From the NCBI GenBank assembly GCA_045105815.1, contig JBGCDX010000039.1:1-60797 (forward strand): a stretch of 60,797 bases of DNA, given 5' to 3'. This document shows positions 17,045-27,071 of the stretch, piece after piece. Each line of letters begins with the position of its first letter. Positions within the stretch are counted from its first letter, which is position 1. The position numbers were made by a program, and so were the translations under genes. The notes beneath the pieces are model-generated. The model was not told the origin of the DNA and ran no database searches. It saw only the letters and a list, made by a program, of their open reading frames with translations. Source of the stretch: Gammaproteobacteria bacterium. Lineage in GTDB: Bacteria > Pseudomonadota > Gammaproteobacteria > UBA4575.

Positions 17045-18436
17045 TTAAGAATTATTTATAGCTAAATTAGCACTTGGAATAAGTGCAGCATTCATTTGAC
17101 TTATCGATGCCTCATAATTAAAAGGCTCACGCATATCTTGTTTTAGAAAATCTAATAATCTTGGATAATACTCAATTGCCTGATCTATTCTCTCATCCGT
17201 ACCATGTTGATAAACGCCTAGATTAATCATATCTTCATGTTTTTTATAACGCCCATAAAACTCTCTGAAAGTTTGTGCACTCTTAATTTGTTCTGGTTTA
17301 GATATGGTATGGAATAACCTACTGACAGAAGCTTCTATATCTATTGCTGGATAATGGCCTGTTTCAGCTAAATCCCTCGACAAAGTTATATGACCATCAA
17401 GAATCGCTCTTGATGCATCTGCAATTGGGTCATTATGATCATCACCTTCTACTAGAACTGTATAGAATGCAGTAATGGAACCACCCGCAACACTAGAGTT
17501 TCCAGCACGTTCCACTAATGCAGGTATTTTAGCAAATACTGATGGTGGATAACCTTTAGTAGCTGGAGGCTCACCAATTGCGAGCGCTATCTCTCTATAT
17601 GATTGAGCGACTCTAGTTAGTGAATCCATCAATAGCAATACTCGTTTACCTTTATCACGAAAATATTCTGCAATGGTAGTGGAATATTTTGCCGCATGAA
17701 CTCTTTGCAATGGAGAACAGTCAGCGGGCGCAGCTACTACTACGGTTTTAGTCAAACCTTGCTGTCCTAATATCTGATCAATAAACTCTTTTACTTCTCT
17801 ACCACGCTCACCAATTAAACCTACAACAATTACATCTGCAGATGTGAATTTAGTCATCATACCTAGTAACACACTCTTTCCTACTCCACTACCAGCAAAC
17901 AACCCCATACGTTGACCAACACCTATACTTAATAATGCATTAATCGCCTTTACACCAACATCTAATGGCGCATCAATGGGAGTTCGTTCAAATGGGTTAA
18001 TATAAGTGCCTTCTAAGTCACGGCATTCACTAGTTTCTATTAATCCTTTGTTATCTAACGGATTTCCTGCACTATCAATCACACGGCCCAATAATTCGTC
18101 ACCAACAGGCAATTTATGATTATCTTTTGTGGGAATGACTCGCGCACCTAACACTGCACCTTGAATATTATCGATCGGCATCAAATAACTTTTACTACCA
18201 GAAAACCCAACTACTTCAGCTTCAATTTTTTGATTCGCAGGCGACACAATCAAGCATCGACCACCAATATTTACTTGGCAACCTTGCGCCTCAATAGTTA
18301 AACCAACAAGACGAGTTAGCTTTCCTTCTACCGTATAAGAATATGGAGTTAATGACTGTCTTGATTGATTTATTGCATCAATATATTTCTGCTTACGGAC
18401 CTCTAAACACGAGTGAACATTCGTTGTTTCATTCAT
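17045..18436 (-). CDS. fliI: flagellar export ATPase FliI
   Basis: Walker A GSGVGKS and Walker B VLLLMDSLTR. I place the start at ATG 18436 (MNETTNV...), which overlaps the fliH stop in ATGAATGA. The longer track ORF (to 18547) would overlap fliH by 119 nt. Confidence 0.93.
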   Translation of the reverse strand: MNETTNVHSCLEVRKQKYIDAINQSRQSLTPYSYTVEGKLTRLVGLTIEAQGCQVNIGGRCLIVSPANQKIEAEVVGFSGSKSYLMPIDNIQGAVLGARVIPTKDNHKLPVGDELLGRVIDSAGNPLDNKGLIETSECRDLEGTYINPFERTPIDAPLDVGVKAINALLSIGVGQRMGLFAGSGVGKSVLLGMMTKFTSADVIVVGLIGERGREVKEFIDQILGQQGLTKTVVVAAPADCSPLQRVHAAKYSTTIAEYFRDKGKRVLLLMDSLTRVAQSYREIALAIGEPPATKGYPPSVFAKIPALVERAGNSSVAGGSITAFYTVLVEGDDHNDPIADASRAILDGHITLSRDLAETGHYPAIDIEASVSRLFHTISKPEQIKSAQTFREFYGRYKKHEDMINLGVYQHGTDERIDQAIEYYPRLLDFLKQDMREPFNYEASISQMNAALIPSANLAINNS

Positions 18437-19031
18437 CAGAACGATCCACATTGCGCTGACTACCCAAAATGCTTGCAGCAATTTGGGCAATTTGCGAATC
18501 AATCGTTGCGTCAATAATTGAGTCGTCTGTAGCCAACTTGCAACCACCGCGTTGAACTGATGGGTCTTCTACCAATGAATAGCTAGTAACAATATCATCT
18601 TGATTAAACACTTTCTGCATTGCGCTTATATCATTAGGGTTTAGATGAATAATTAAACGGCTATTATCTAGTGGGAGTAACTTAATAGCCTCTTTCACTA
18701 CTGATACAACTTGATCTGAATTAGTTTGCAGTTCTCTTCTGATAATTTGTTTAGATATTGAAACAGCGAGTTGATTAATAGCTTCAACAACCTCATCATC
18801 GAATATTTTTACACTATCCTCTATAGCATTTATGACACCTTCAAAATTACTCTTATATTCACTAATTTCTTGTTGAGCTTTTTTTAATCCTTCTTCATAT
18901 CCTTTTTTTAATTCGTCATGATAAGAAGATTGTGGGCTTGAAACAGATAACTCTTGATCCATATATGGACCTTCTTTATTCAAACTAAATGATGATAATG
19001 ATGCACGCTGCCAATTTTCTTGATTCTCCAT
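18429..19031 (-). CDS. fliH: flagellar export protein FliH
   Basis: 200 aa, between fliG and fliI, acidic and coiled-coil N-terminus. Confidence 0.85.
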   Translation of the reverse strand: MENQENWQRASLSSFSLNKEGPYMDQELSVSSPQSSYHDELKKGYEEGLKKAQQEISEYKSNFEGVINAIEDSVKIFDDEVVEAINQLAVSISKQIIRRELQTNSDQVVSVVKEAIKLLPLDNSRLIIHLNPNDISAMQKVFNQDDIVTSYSLVEDPSVQRGGCKLATDDSIIDATIDSQIAQIAASILGSQRNVDRSDE

Positions 19032-19045
19032 ACGTAAATTATGAC

Positions 19046-20062
19046 TTAAAGAAAATCATCCCCTTTTCCACCCAACATTATGGTCCCTTCTTCAGCTAAC
19101 CTAAGCGCAACTTCTAATATTTCTTTCTGCGCATCTTCCACTTCGGCTAGACGAACTGGACCGGCAGTTTCAAGATCATCTTTAAGTAATTCTGCAGCAC
19201 GTTTCGACATATTTTTAAATATCTTATCTGCAATTTCCGCACTAGCACCTTTAAGCGCCACTACCAGCTTATCTTGTGGTGCTTCTCTAAGAATAGTTTG
19301 CATTCCTCTGTCATCTACAGAAAGTAAATTATCAAATACAAACATTTTTCCTTTTATTTCTTCACATAACTCTTTATCCACTTCTGTTAAGGTTTCAACG
19401 ATTCCGTTCTCAGTATCCTTATCAACATTATTTAATATGTCAGCTGCTGCTTTTATGCCACCTAGATTTTTAATTTTACTATCCGTTTCTTGAGTAAATC
19501 TATTTTCGATAAGGAGCTCAAGCTCCTTTAATGCTGATGAATTAACATCACCAAGCCTTGCTATTCTCATAATAACATTAGCCTTTTTATCACTATCTAA
19601 TAACTCCAATATCTGACCAGCTTGCTCATCCTTCAAATGCACTAATAAAATTGCAATAAGTTGTGGGTGCTCTTCTTTAATAGCATCTGCTATAACCGAA
19701 GGGTCTAACCATTTCAATGCTTCAAGACCACTCGCATTTGGTCCTAACTCGATCCTTGATAAAATACTATTGGCTTTTTGAGGACCAATTGCCTGAAAGA
19801 GTATTTTCTTTAAATAATCCTGCGCACCAATATCAAGTGGCGTCTTCTTCTGGTTAATCTCACCAAAATCATTTAATACGTCATAAATATGATCCTGTGA
19901 TACATCTTGAAGTGAACTAATTGCAGATCCAATAAGCTCTAACTCTTCAGGGTCCATGAACTTAAGTACTTTAGAGGCTTCTGACTCCCCTAGCACCATC
20001 ATTAAAATGGCAGCACGTTGCGCCCCATCTAAGTCACTAGCTTGTGATTCTTCATTCGCCAC
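19046..20062 (-). CDS. fliG: rotor/switch protein FliG
   Basis: 338 aa with conserved MFVFDNLL and RAAELLKDDLE segments. Confidence 0.95.
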   Translation of the reverse strand: MANEESQASDLDGAQRAAILMMVLGESEASKVLKFMDPEELELIGSAISSLQDVSQDHIYDVLNDFGEINQKKTPLDIGAQDYLKKILFQAIGPQKANSILSRIELGPNASGLEALKWLDPSVIADAIKEEHPQLIAILLVHLKDEQAGQILELLDSDKKANVIMRIARLGDVNSSALKELELLIENRFTQETDSKIKNLGGIKAAADILNNVDKDTENGIVETLTEVDKELCEEIKGKMFVFDNLLSVDDRGMQTILREAPQDKLVVALKGASAEIADKIFKNMSKRAAELLKDDLETAGPVRLAEVEDAQKEILEVALRLAEEGTIMLGGKGDDFL

Positions 20063-21695
20063 TTGGAGCCACCCAGTTTTTAACTATTTTAGCTACTTGC
20101 TTAGGATCCTGTGAAACTAATTCTTTTGCCATAGCAAGTTGTTGAACATAATTAGGATACGCACCAGCTGCACTAGTAGACATTGCAGTAGCACCTGCAT
20201 TATTTTCTAGCATAGCTCCAGAATCATCATTTGTTTTGCTACCCGTTGAACTATTTTTCCCTGATAAAGACTTAATAGCAGGTTTTACAAACATGAATAA
20301 TATGATTAACACAGATATACCAGCAAACACTTGCTTTATAATGGCTATCAACCAAGGTTGTTTCCAAATTGGAGTTGCTTCAGGCTCCTCTAAAACCTCT
20401 TCAGGGAGAAAACTACTGTTATAAACAGTAACACTATCACCACGCTCTTCATCAAAACCAATCGCATCTCGTACTATCCCACGTATTAATACAAAATCTT
20501 CACTTTCAAGTGGTGTTTTAATCGTTTCACCAGCCTCATTCACTACATCTTTATCGTCTACAACAATCGCTACTGTAATGCGATTAACCAAGCTTTTCGC
20601 TTCTTGCGTATAGCGCATAGTTTTATCCAACTCATAGTTTCTAGTAGAGTTTTGAGAAGTTGACAATGGCAATGAATTTTGTGCAGCCGTTTCATCACCT
20701 TCTTGTGGGTCTTCTTGCAAACTACCGCCCGCTGGGGGTTGATTGGTGAGCGCACCAGGTATCCCTATTGCATCGGCAGAACTGCCTCGATTACTTTGTT
20801 CCGAAATCTGTTCACTACGTACCTGAGTATTATCTGGATCATATAATTCCTCAGCGCTCTCACTTTTTGTAAACTCTACTTCTGCATTGACTTGTGCTTT
20901 AATTTTATTTCTACCATAAATTGGCGAAAGTAGATCTTCAATACGATTGGCATATGCTTGCTCAACTGAATTTTTATACGCTAGCTGTTTATTTGATTGT
21001 GCAACCACATCATCCTCACCAGTAGAACTAAGTAGTTGACCCCATTGATCCACAATGGTTACATTTGAAGCATTGAGATAAGGAACACTCGATGCTACTA
21101 AATGTGTTATCGATGATGCTTGTCCAGTTTCTAACACTCTACCTGGCATCAACTTAATCATTACTGATGCAGAGGTAAGACCTCTATTTCTAACAAATAC
21201 AGATTGTTTTGGAGTGGCGATATGCACCCTAGAATTTTCAATATTTCTCATCCCTGAAATAGTACGGCTTAACTCAGTTTCTAAAGCATGTTGATAACGT
21301 GCAGTCTCCATAAACTGACTTGTTCCCAAGGCAGGTTTATCGTTAAGCAGCTCATACCCAGTACCATTTGATTGTGGCAAACCTTCAGAAGCTAAAATTA
21401 TTTTAGCTTCGCCTATTTTGTCATTTGCTACCATTATCATGCCTGAAGAAGAATCCATTCTGAATGGAATTTTTGAACTGCGTAATACATCCGCAACCAT
21501 ACCTACATCAGCTTGTGATAAGTTTGAATAAACTGGACTATATTCAGGCTTGATTGACCATAATGTTACACCAACGCCAAGTGCCAACACCGCAGCCAAG
21601 GTCAATATTGTTCCTAGATGTGAAAACAACTGACGCAGGGATTCACCCAAATTAAATGAAGTAGGGACCTGAGTAGCTTCTAATGTAGCTGCCAT
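20052..21695 (-). CDS. fliF: MS-ring protein FliF
   Basis: 547 aa. N- and C-terminal TM segments and the conserved RVHIATPKQSVFVR block. Confidence 0.95.
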   Translation of the reverse strand: MAATLEATQVPTSFNLGESLRQLFSHLGTILTLAAVLALGVGVTLWSIKPEYSPVYSNLSQADVGMVADVLRSSKIPFRMDSSSGMIMVANDKIGEAKIILASEGLPQSNGTGYELLNDKPALGTSQFMETARYQHALETELSRTISGMRNIENSRVHIATPKQSVFVRNRGLTSASVMIKLMPGRVLETGQASSITHLVASSVPYLNASNVTIVDQWGQLLSSTGEDDVVAQSNKQLAYKNSVEQAYANRIEDLLSPIYGRNKIKAQVNAEVEFTKSESAEELYDPDNTQVRSEQISEQSNRGSSADAIGIPGALTNQPPAGGSLQEDPQEGDETAAQNSLPLSTSQNSTRNYELDKTMRYTQEAKSLVNRITVAIVVDDKDVVNEAGETIKTPLESEDFVLIRGIVRDAIGFDEERGDSVTVYNSSFLPEEVLEEPEATPIWKQPWLIAIIKQVFAGISVLIILFMFVKPAIKSLSGKNSSTGSKTNDDSGAMLENNAGATAMSTSAAGAYPNYVQQLAMAKELVSQDPKQVAKIVKNWVAPSGE

Positions 21696-21725
21696 GTAAT
21701 TATATTCTCTTGTTATATATTATTA

Positions 21726-22046
21726 TTAAACAGGCATTCTCATTACTTCTTGATACGCCGTGACTAATTGATTTCGTACTTGCTTAACCGCTTCAAATGA
21801 AACTCGTGCTTTCTGCATCTCTACCATTACTCTAGAAAGCTCAACGCTTGAATCTCCCTGTTCAAATCTCTTTGCTAAGTCAGCTGACATCATTTGTTGT
21901 TCATTAACTTTATCTACTGATGTCTTTAGCACTGATGAAAAGTTAGTAACTTCATTATTTTCATTTTTTACATTTATATTTGGCTGCACTTGACTAGATA
22001 TACTTCTAATCTGTGAAAGTAGTTCATTAATTTTAATATCACTCAT
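21726..22046 (-). CDS. fliE: hook-basal body protein FliE
   Basis: 106 aa. C-terminal VRNQLVTAYQEVMRMPV is typical of FliE. Only 26 nt separate it from the fleR stop. Confidence 0.9.
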   Translation of the reverse strand: MSDIKINELLSQIRSISSQVQPNINVKNENNEVTNFSSVLKTSVDKVNEQQMMSADLAKRFEQGDSSVELSRVMVEMQKARVSFEAVKQVRNQLVTAYQEVMRMPV

Positions 22047-22072
22047 ATTGAATTCCTTATAGAAAATTAAAT

Positions 22073-23431
22073 TTACATTCCCCTATAGGCAGAAGGCACT
22101 GGTACACCTTGGTCTTTCATTTTTGCTATTTTATATCTCAAGGTTCTTGGACTAATTCCAAGTTGTTCTGCAACAATCTTTCTATTTCCATGCTCCGAAA
22201 CTAATGCTTGAAGGATTAGATCTTGCTCATGTGATTTTAAATCTGTCGTTAAGTTGGTGACTACCTTCTCATCACCATCATCTTGCTCATCAAGCTCTAA
22301 TATATCTGCCTCAATCACACTACCCGTGCATAGAACAATAGATCGTTGAATAATATTTTCCAATTCCCTAACATTTCCCGTCCAAGTGTTTTTTGTTAAA
22401 CACTCACGAGCACTCTCTGAAAATTCTAATGATTGATTAGGAGAATGCTTATTTAACAACATATATGCTAATGGTAGAATATCTCCAGTCCTATCTCGCA
22501 AAGGCTGCAATGTGATTGGAAATACATTTAAACGATAGAATAAATCTTCTCTAAATGTGCCTTTTTTAACTTCATCTTTTAGATTCCTGTTTGAAGTGGC
22601 AATAATTCTTACATCCAGATCAATCAGTTTTTTCCCGCCAAGCCTCTCTACTTGTTTCTCTTGCAACACTCTTAACAGTTTTGCTTGTAACGCAAGATCC
22701 ATTTCAGAGATCTCATCTAATAATAATGTTCCTTGTTGTGCTTCTTCAAATTTCCCCGCTTTAGCCTGATGCGCACCGGTGTAAGCACCTTTCTCGTATC
22801 CAAACAAAACTGCCTCAAGCATGTTTTCAGGAATTGCAGCACAATTAATCGCTATAAATGGATTTTTTGAACGCGGTGAATTTGCATGAATAAAGCGTGC
22901 TAACACCTCCTTGCCTGTTCCACTTTCACCACGAATAAACACAGATACAGATGTAGTAGCGACACGTCTTGCTATTTTCTTTGTATCAATAGATTTTTTA
23001 TCGACTGAAATATAATTATCATTATTGATTTTTTTGGAAAACTTGACTTGAATATTATTTTTTACAATATTTAAGAGCAAATCTACATCAAATGGTTTTA
23101 CCAAATAATCACTAGCACCATTTTTAATGCAAGATACTGCTTTCTCAATCGTTCCATAAGCAGTCATTAGAACAACTGGTAATGATAAATACTTATGCTT
23201 AATAGCTTCTAATAATTGATAACCATCCGTAATAGCATCATCATCACTAACAGACTTATCAAACTGTATATCACTCAACACCATGTCAATATGTTCTCTT
23301 CCCAATAAACCCATCGCACTCATAGGGGATGATGATTCAAATGCAGTAAAACCATGATCACGAATAGTCCCCGCGATTGCATGACTTAGTTGAACATCAT
23401 CTTCGACAATTAATATATTTTTACCCTGCAT
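22073..23431 (-). CDS. fleR: sigma-54-dependent response regulator FleR/FlrC
   Basis: 452 aa. Receiver (D54 in MVLSDIQ), AAA+ ([14 protein letters not shown]) and a C-terminal Fis-type HTH. Confidence 0.9.
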   Translation of the reverse strand: MQGKNILIVEDDVQLSHAIAGTIRDHGFTAFESSSPMSAMGLLGREHIDMVLSDIQFDKSVSDDDAITDGYQLLEAIKHKYLSLPVVLMTAYGTIEKAVSCIKNGASDYLVKPFDVDLLLNIVKNNIQVKFSKKINNDNYISVDKKSIDTKKIARRVATTSVSVFIRGESGTGKEVLARFIHANSPRSKNPFIAINCAAIPENMLEAVLFGYEKGAYTGAHQAKAGKFEEAQQGTLLLDEISEMDLALQAKLLRVLQEKQVERLGGKKLIDLDVRIIATSNRNLKDEVKKGTFREDLFYRLNVFPITLQPLRDRTGDILPLAYMLLNKHSPNQSLEFSESARECLTKNTWTGNVRELENIIQRSIVLCTGSVIEADILELDEQDDGDEKVVTNLTTDLKSHEQDLILQALVSEHGNRKIVAEQLGISPRTLRYKIAKMKDQGVPVPSAYRGM

Positions 23432-23456
23432 AACTTACCCTTTTAAATCGTTTAAA

Positions 23457-24662
23457 CTAACTACTCAGAAGTCTTTGATTACTAGCACTAGCCATTGGAG
23501 AATAGCTCTGGTGTTTTGGAATTCTTATATCGACACATAAACCTTGAGGGATTTCATCTCTCGCCTCAACCGTGCCTCGATGCGCTTCGACTATAGACTT
23601 AACTACTGCTAACCCTAAGCCTGTGCCACCCGCTTTTGTAGTAAAAAATGGCTCAAATATTTTTAGTTTAAGTTCATCAGAAATTCCCACACCCTTGTCA
23701 TGAATAGATAAAACAACTTCTTTCCCTTCCGACTTAATTTCAATCAATACTTTTGCATCATATTCACTTGCTTGAATCGCATTATGAATAACATTCTTAA
23801 TGGCTCCCCAAAACGCAATATAGTTAATGGAAACTTGTGGATCATCAGTAGAAAATGATTCGTTTATTTCAATTAAATAACTACCAAATTCATGTTTTAT
23901 ATCATTTCGTATATATTTAACGAGCTGCTCTACACTCACTACATCACTAAGTTGCCACTCCCCTTTAGCAAAGGACAGCATGTCATTTACGGTTTCTTCT
24001 AAGCTATGCAAACAATGCTTAACATTCTCAACCAATTGAAATGATATACCTTGCTTACCAGTTCGCTTTTCCAAGCTAGACACGTATAGAAATGCTGCTG
24101 ACAATGGAGTTCTAACTTGATGCGCCAAAGAGGCCACCATATTACCGAGCGATTCTAATCTCTCTTTTCTATTTACAGATTCGTGATAATTGAATTCTTC
24201 AGTAACATCATTAATGATAATTACCTTTCCCTCACTACGTTGTTGAGATTCAATTTTTAATGATATGCGATTACCATTTTTTAAACTGACTTCGCAATTA
24301 CCTGAATAACCTGCTGCCAGGTATTTTTTGGCGATTTTGTTCCAAGACTCACCGAGTAATTGAGTGCCAATAAGGTTATTAGCGATCTCATTGTTTTCAA
24401 TAATGGTTCCATAATCATCCAGTACCACAATACCAACCGGTAAAGTACGTAGTAAGATGGATAACCTATCAGCGAGTTTTTCTTTTTCGATTAATTGATG
24501 AAACTTTTCATTTTTAGTTTCAGCCAATTCTTTTTGGAGATTATCAGCTCTATTTTCGAGCTGATCATATGCAGAGGTTAAATCTTCTGATACACGATTA
24601 AAATTATCAAAAGCACTTTCAAGTGCTAGCTTCCTATTATCAATTGCTACTTCCATTTGCAT
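23457..24662 (-). CDS. fleS: cytoplasmic PAS histidine kinase FleS/FlrB
   Basis: 401 aa. H-box SLAHQVRTPLS and G-box GTGLGLAVV. No TM segments. Confidence 0.88.
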   Translation of the reverse strand: MQMEVAIDNRKLALESAFDNFNRVSEDLTSAYDQLENRADNLQKELAETKNEKFHQLIEKEKLADRLSILLRTLPVGIVVLDDYGTIIENNEIANNLIGTQLLGESWNKIAKKYLAAGYSGNCEVSLKNGNRISLKIESQQRSEGKVIIINDVTEEFNYHESVNRKERLESLGNMVASLAHQVRTPLSAAFLYVSSLEKRTGKQGISFQLVENVKHCLHSLEETVNDMLSFAKGEWQLSDVVSVEQLVKYIRNDIKHEFGSYLIEINESFSTDDPQVSINYIAFWGAIKNVIHNAIQASEYDAKVLIEIKSEGKEVVLSIHDKGVGISDELKLKIFEPFFTTKAGGTGLGLAVVKSIVEAHRGTVEARDEIPQGLCVDIRIPKHQSYSPMASASNQRLLSS

Positions 24663-24715
24663 GTCCTCGCGTAGTAAATGTTAATGCGCATAAATTTGAC
24701 GCGCACTAACTACTA

Positions 24716-24731
24716 TGCAAACAACATGCCT
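24716..24731 (-). promoter_or_regulatory. sigma-54 promoter of fleSR
   Basis: Minus strand reads AGGCATGTTGTTTGCA with GG/GC in the canonical register, about 55 nt upstream of the fleS ATG. Confidence 0.65.
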
Positions 24732-24792
24732 ACTTTTGTTTTCCTTTATTTAACAGCAACTTAAGAAATTTTATCATGAATTGAAGTCAATA

Positions 24793-25932
24793 TTATGACG
24801 TTGTAACACGTTGGAATTGATGTTTTTTCAATTTTTCGACGAGTGTTGTGCGTCGTAAGCCTAATAATTTAGCTGCTTGTGCCACTACACCGTTAGCGAG
24901 TTCTAGAGCTTGTGATATATAAAACTGTTCCACTGAAGTAATGTGAGATTTTAAATCTAACCCATCCCTTGTAAGCACGGGCAATCCCACTGTGTTTTGA
25001 GTGTTACCTATATCGACATGAGTAGTTTCAGTAAACTCGTCATTAGAAATAGAATTATTTTCTGTTATCAGAACATTTGCTTCAAGATTGGGATTAGTGA
25101 AAGTACTGTATTTACTTGGTAGTTTTGCAGCATCAACTACTTTGTCAGGATACAATATACTGAGCCTTTCCAATAAATTAGATAGCTCTCTAACATTACC
25201 AGGCCAGGTATAACGCGCTAAAGCAGACATGGCATCTGGTGTCACTTTAACATCAGCACCTGTTTCTTTTTTTATTTTATCTGTAATCGCGTATACAAGT
25301 GATGGCAAGTCTTCAGAGCGTCGGCGCAAAGGTGGCAAATCAATTGGATAGACATGCAAACGATAGTAAAGATCTTCTCTAAATTCACCTTTAGCTACCA
25401 TATCTTCTAAATTTCGATGGGTTGCCGCTATTACGCGCACATTGGCTCTTATAGATTTCCCACTTCCAACTCTCTCATACACTTTTTCCTGCAGAACACG
25501 CAAGAGCTTAGCTTGCATATTAAGATCCATATCACCGATCTCATCGAGAAATAGCGTTCCACCCTCTGCTAGCTCAAACCTACCTTTACGATCAGTAATA
25601 GCACCTGTAAATGCACCTTTGACATGCCCAAATAATTCACTTTCTAGTAATTCTTGGGGGATCGCTGCACAATTGACTGGAACAAAATATTTTGAAGCAC
25701 GATTAGAAATGGTATGAATACTACGAGCAACAACTTCTTTACCCGTGCCAGACTCACCTAAAATAAGAACATTAGCGCTAGTATTAGCCACTCGTTCAAT
25801 CAAGTCACTAACTTGTTGAACAGCCTTGCTATGACCATCTAATAAAGATTTACTACTATTTCGACGACCCAAATCTTGACGGGTATCGGATATTAACTCG
25901 TGTGTTGCTTGTGCTGTTTGCTCTGCTTGCAT
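24793..25932 (-). CDS. fleQ: FleQ/FlrA-like sigma-54 activator lacking the N-terminal receiver-like domain
   Basis: 379 aa. The AAA+ core starts near residue 35 ([21 protein letters not shown]) and there is a C-terminal Fis HTH ([18 protein letters not shown]). In-frame stop at 25975-25977, 14 codons upstream of the ATG. Confidence 0.85.
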   Translation of the reverse strand: MQAEQTAQATHELISDTRQDLGRRNSSKSLLDGHSKAVQQVSDLIERVANTSANVLILGESGTGKEVVARSIHTISNRASKYFVPVNCAAIPQELLESELFGHVKGAFTGAITDRKGRFELAEGGTLFLDEIGDMDLNMQAKLLRVLQEKVYERVGSGKSIRANVRVIAATHRNLEDMVAKGEFREDLYYRLHVYPIDLPPLRRRSEDLPSLVYAITDKIKKETGADVKVTPDAMSALARYTWPGNVRELSNLLERLSILYPDKVVDAAKLPSKYSTFTNPNLEANVLITENNSISNDEFTETTHVDIGNTQNTVGLPVLTRDGLDLKSHITSVEQFYISQALELANGVVAQAAKLLGLRRTTLVEKLKKHQFQRVTTS

Positions 25933-26313
25933 AACTCTAACCAGCCTTTTTAAATTAAAATTTAAAGCTTTTGATTATAGAGATGTACGCACCCCACTTG
26001 ATTATTGCGCTAGCAGATCTCCTTCCCTGCTGGTCCCCTACTATGTATTTAAGTGTAGCTTATTTTTTTCTAACTCACATTAAAATAGTTGAAGCTAAGT
26101 TTAAAGATACAATACTTTTTCTAAGGATACAAAATTATTTCCCGAACGATAATGTTACAAATAGCAATTATTTTCTGACAATAATTTTTAAACGTTTAAG
26201 ATAAATTTTGCACATCAATAGTGCAATTTGAATAGCGCAATTATAATAAATTAATAAATAATTGACGTGAATACATATAGATTACATGAAATTCCACATA
26301 TACTGATTAAAAT

Positions 26314-26634
26314 TTATGCAGTTTTGTTATAGAACTGAATTGCTGTACGAGTATGTTCATTCTCTTGAATTTGCGTCAATACTTTGGCACGCAAATCAAT
26401 TAAGCGCTTTTCTATAATGGTATTTTGAGATGAAATATTCTCAATTTCATTTTTCATCGTTATAAATTGTTTGGCAGATAAACTTTGTACAAATCTACGG
26501 ATTTTTGCATCCCACTTTTGACTAAGTATTTTTGTTTCATCCCACAGTTCATTTTCAATATTCTCAAGCAATTCATTAGCTAAATTATTGAGCTGGGAAA
26601 TTTCTGCTTTAACATTCATATTACAAGCTAACAA
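26314..26634 (-). CDS. FliT-like helical protein (putative export chaperone); start uncertain (TTG 26634 or ATG 26619)
   Basis: About 100-aa all-helical-looking ORF immediately after fliS, in the position occupied by fliT or fleP-type genes in other clusters. No diagnostic motif. Confidence 0.4.
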   Translation of the reverse strand: MLACNMNVKAEISQLNNLANELLENIENELWDETKILSQKWDAKIRRFVQSLSAKQFITMKNEIENISSQNTIIEKRLIDLRAKVLTQIQENEHTRTAIQFYNKTA

Positions 26635-26651
26635 GGCAATCTATCGAGTAA

Positions 26652-27053
26652 CTATTTGCGAGCCTCATTGGGTATCATATTCCATGCTTCTTGAATCTCT
26701 CGCAATAACCCCATCACCTCATCTATGATTGATGTATTGTTATCGGCATTTGCAACTACTAATTGTCGTTGCATGTAGTCATATAAATCATCTAAATTTT
26801 GTGCAATCTCGCCACCCTCCACAAGATTAAGACTAGACCTTAAACCATCTAATATTGCGATTGCCTTAGAGATTCTCACTGTTTTTTCTTGTATTTGCTT
26901 ACGTTCAATATAGCCATTCGCAGCTAAAAGATGATCGATTGCACCTTTGAAAAGTAAGCTTACTAATCCATGCGCATCCGAGCGTTCAACATTTCCTAAC
27001 ACACCACTACTTCGGTATTCATCTATAGCGAGTGTTGCTGCTGTCATGTTCAT
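26652..27053 (-). CDS. fliS: flagellin chaperone FliS
   Basis: 133 aa. YRSSGVLGNVERSDAHGLVSLLFKGAIDHL is typical of FliS. Follows fliD. Confidence 0.92.
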   Translation of the reverse strand: MNMTAATLAIDEYRSSGVLGNVERSDAHGLVSLLFKGAIDHLLAANGYIERKQIQEKTVRISKAIAILDGLRSSLNLVEGGEIAQNLDDLYDYMQRQLVVANADNNTSIIDEVMGLLREIQEAWNMIPNEARK

Positions 27054-27071
27054 ATTAAGTATCCTTTAAGA

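Noticed and set aside
18437-18547. 37-codon N-terminal extension of the FliI ORF in the track.
   Set aside because: It overlaps fliH by 119 nt in another frame. The ATG at 18436 gives the classic ATGAATGA stop/start coupling and a normal FliI length.
20570-20755. Same-strand alternative-frame ORFs inside fliF (20570-20755), flgJ (34483-34728) and flgE (39167-39376).
   Set aside because: They are out of frame within conserved genes and have Cys/Lys/Gln-rich nonsense composition. There is no evidence for overlapping genes.
22047-22400. Search for a sigma-54 promoter for fliE in the fleR-fliE gap and the fleR 3' end.
   Set aside because: I found no GG-N10-GC element with flanking TGGCA/TTGC character. 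This is reported as a negative result, not a feature.
25974-25979. TATAAT hexamer about 42 nt upstream of the fleQ ATG as the fleQ sigma-70 promoter.
   Set aside because: There is no acceptable -35 or extended -10 at 16-18 nt spacing. It is too weak to list as a feature, though it remains the best candidate.
25971-26204. 77-aa plus-strand ORF in the fleQ upstream region.
   Set aside because: The region is AT-rich and intergenic-looking, there is no RBS, the composition is hydrophobic nonsense, and the ORF faces away from neighbouring operons.
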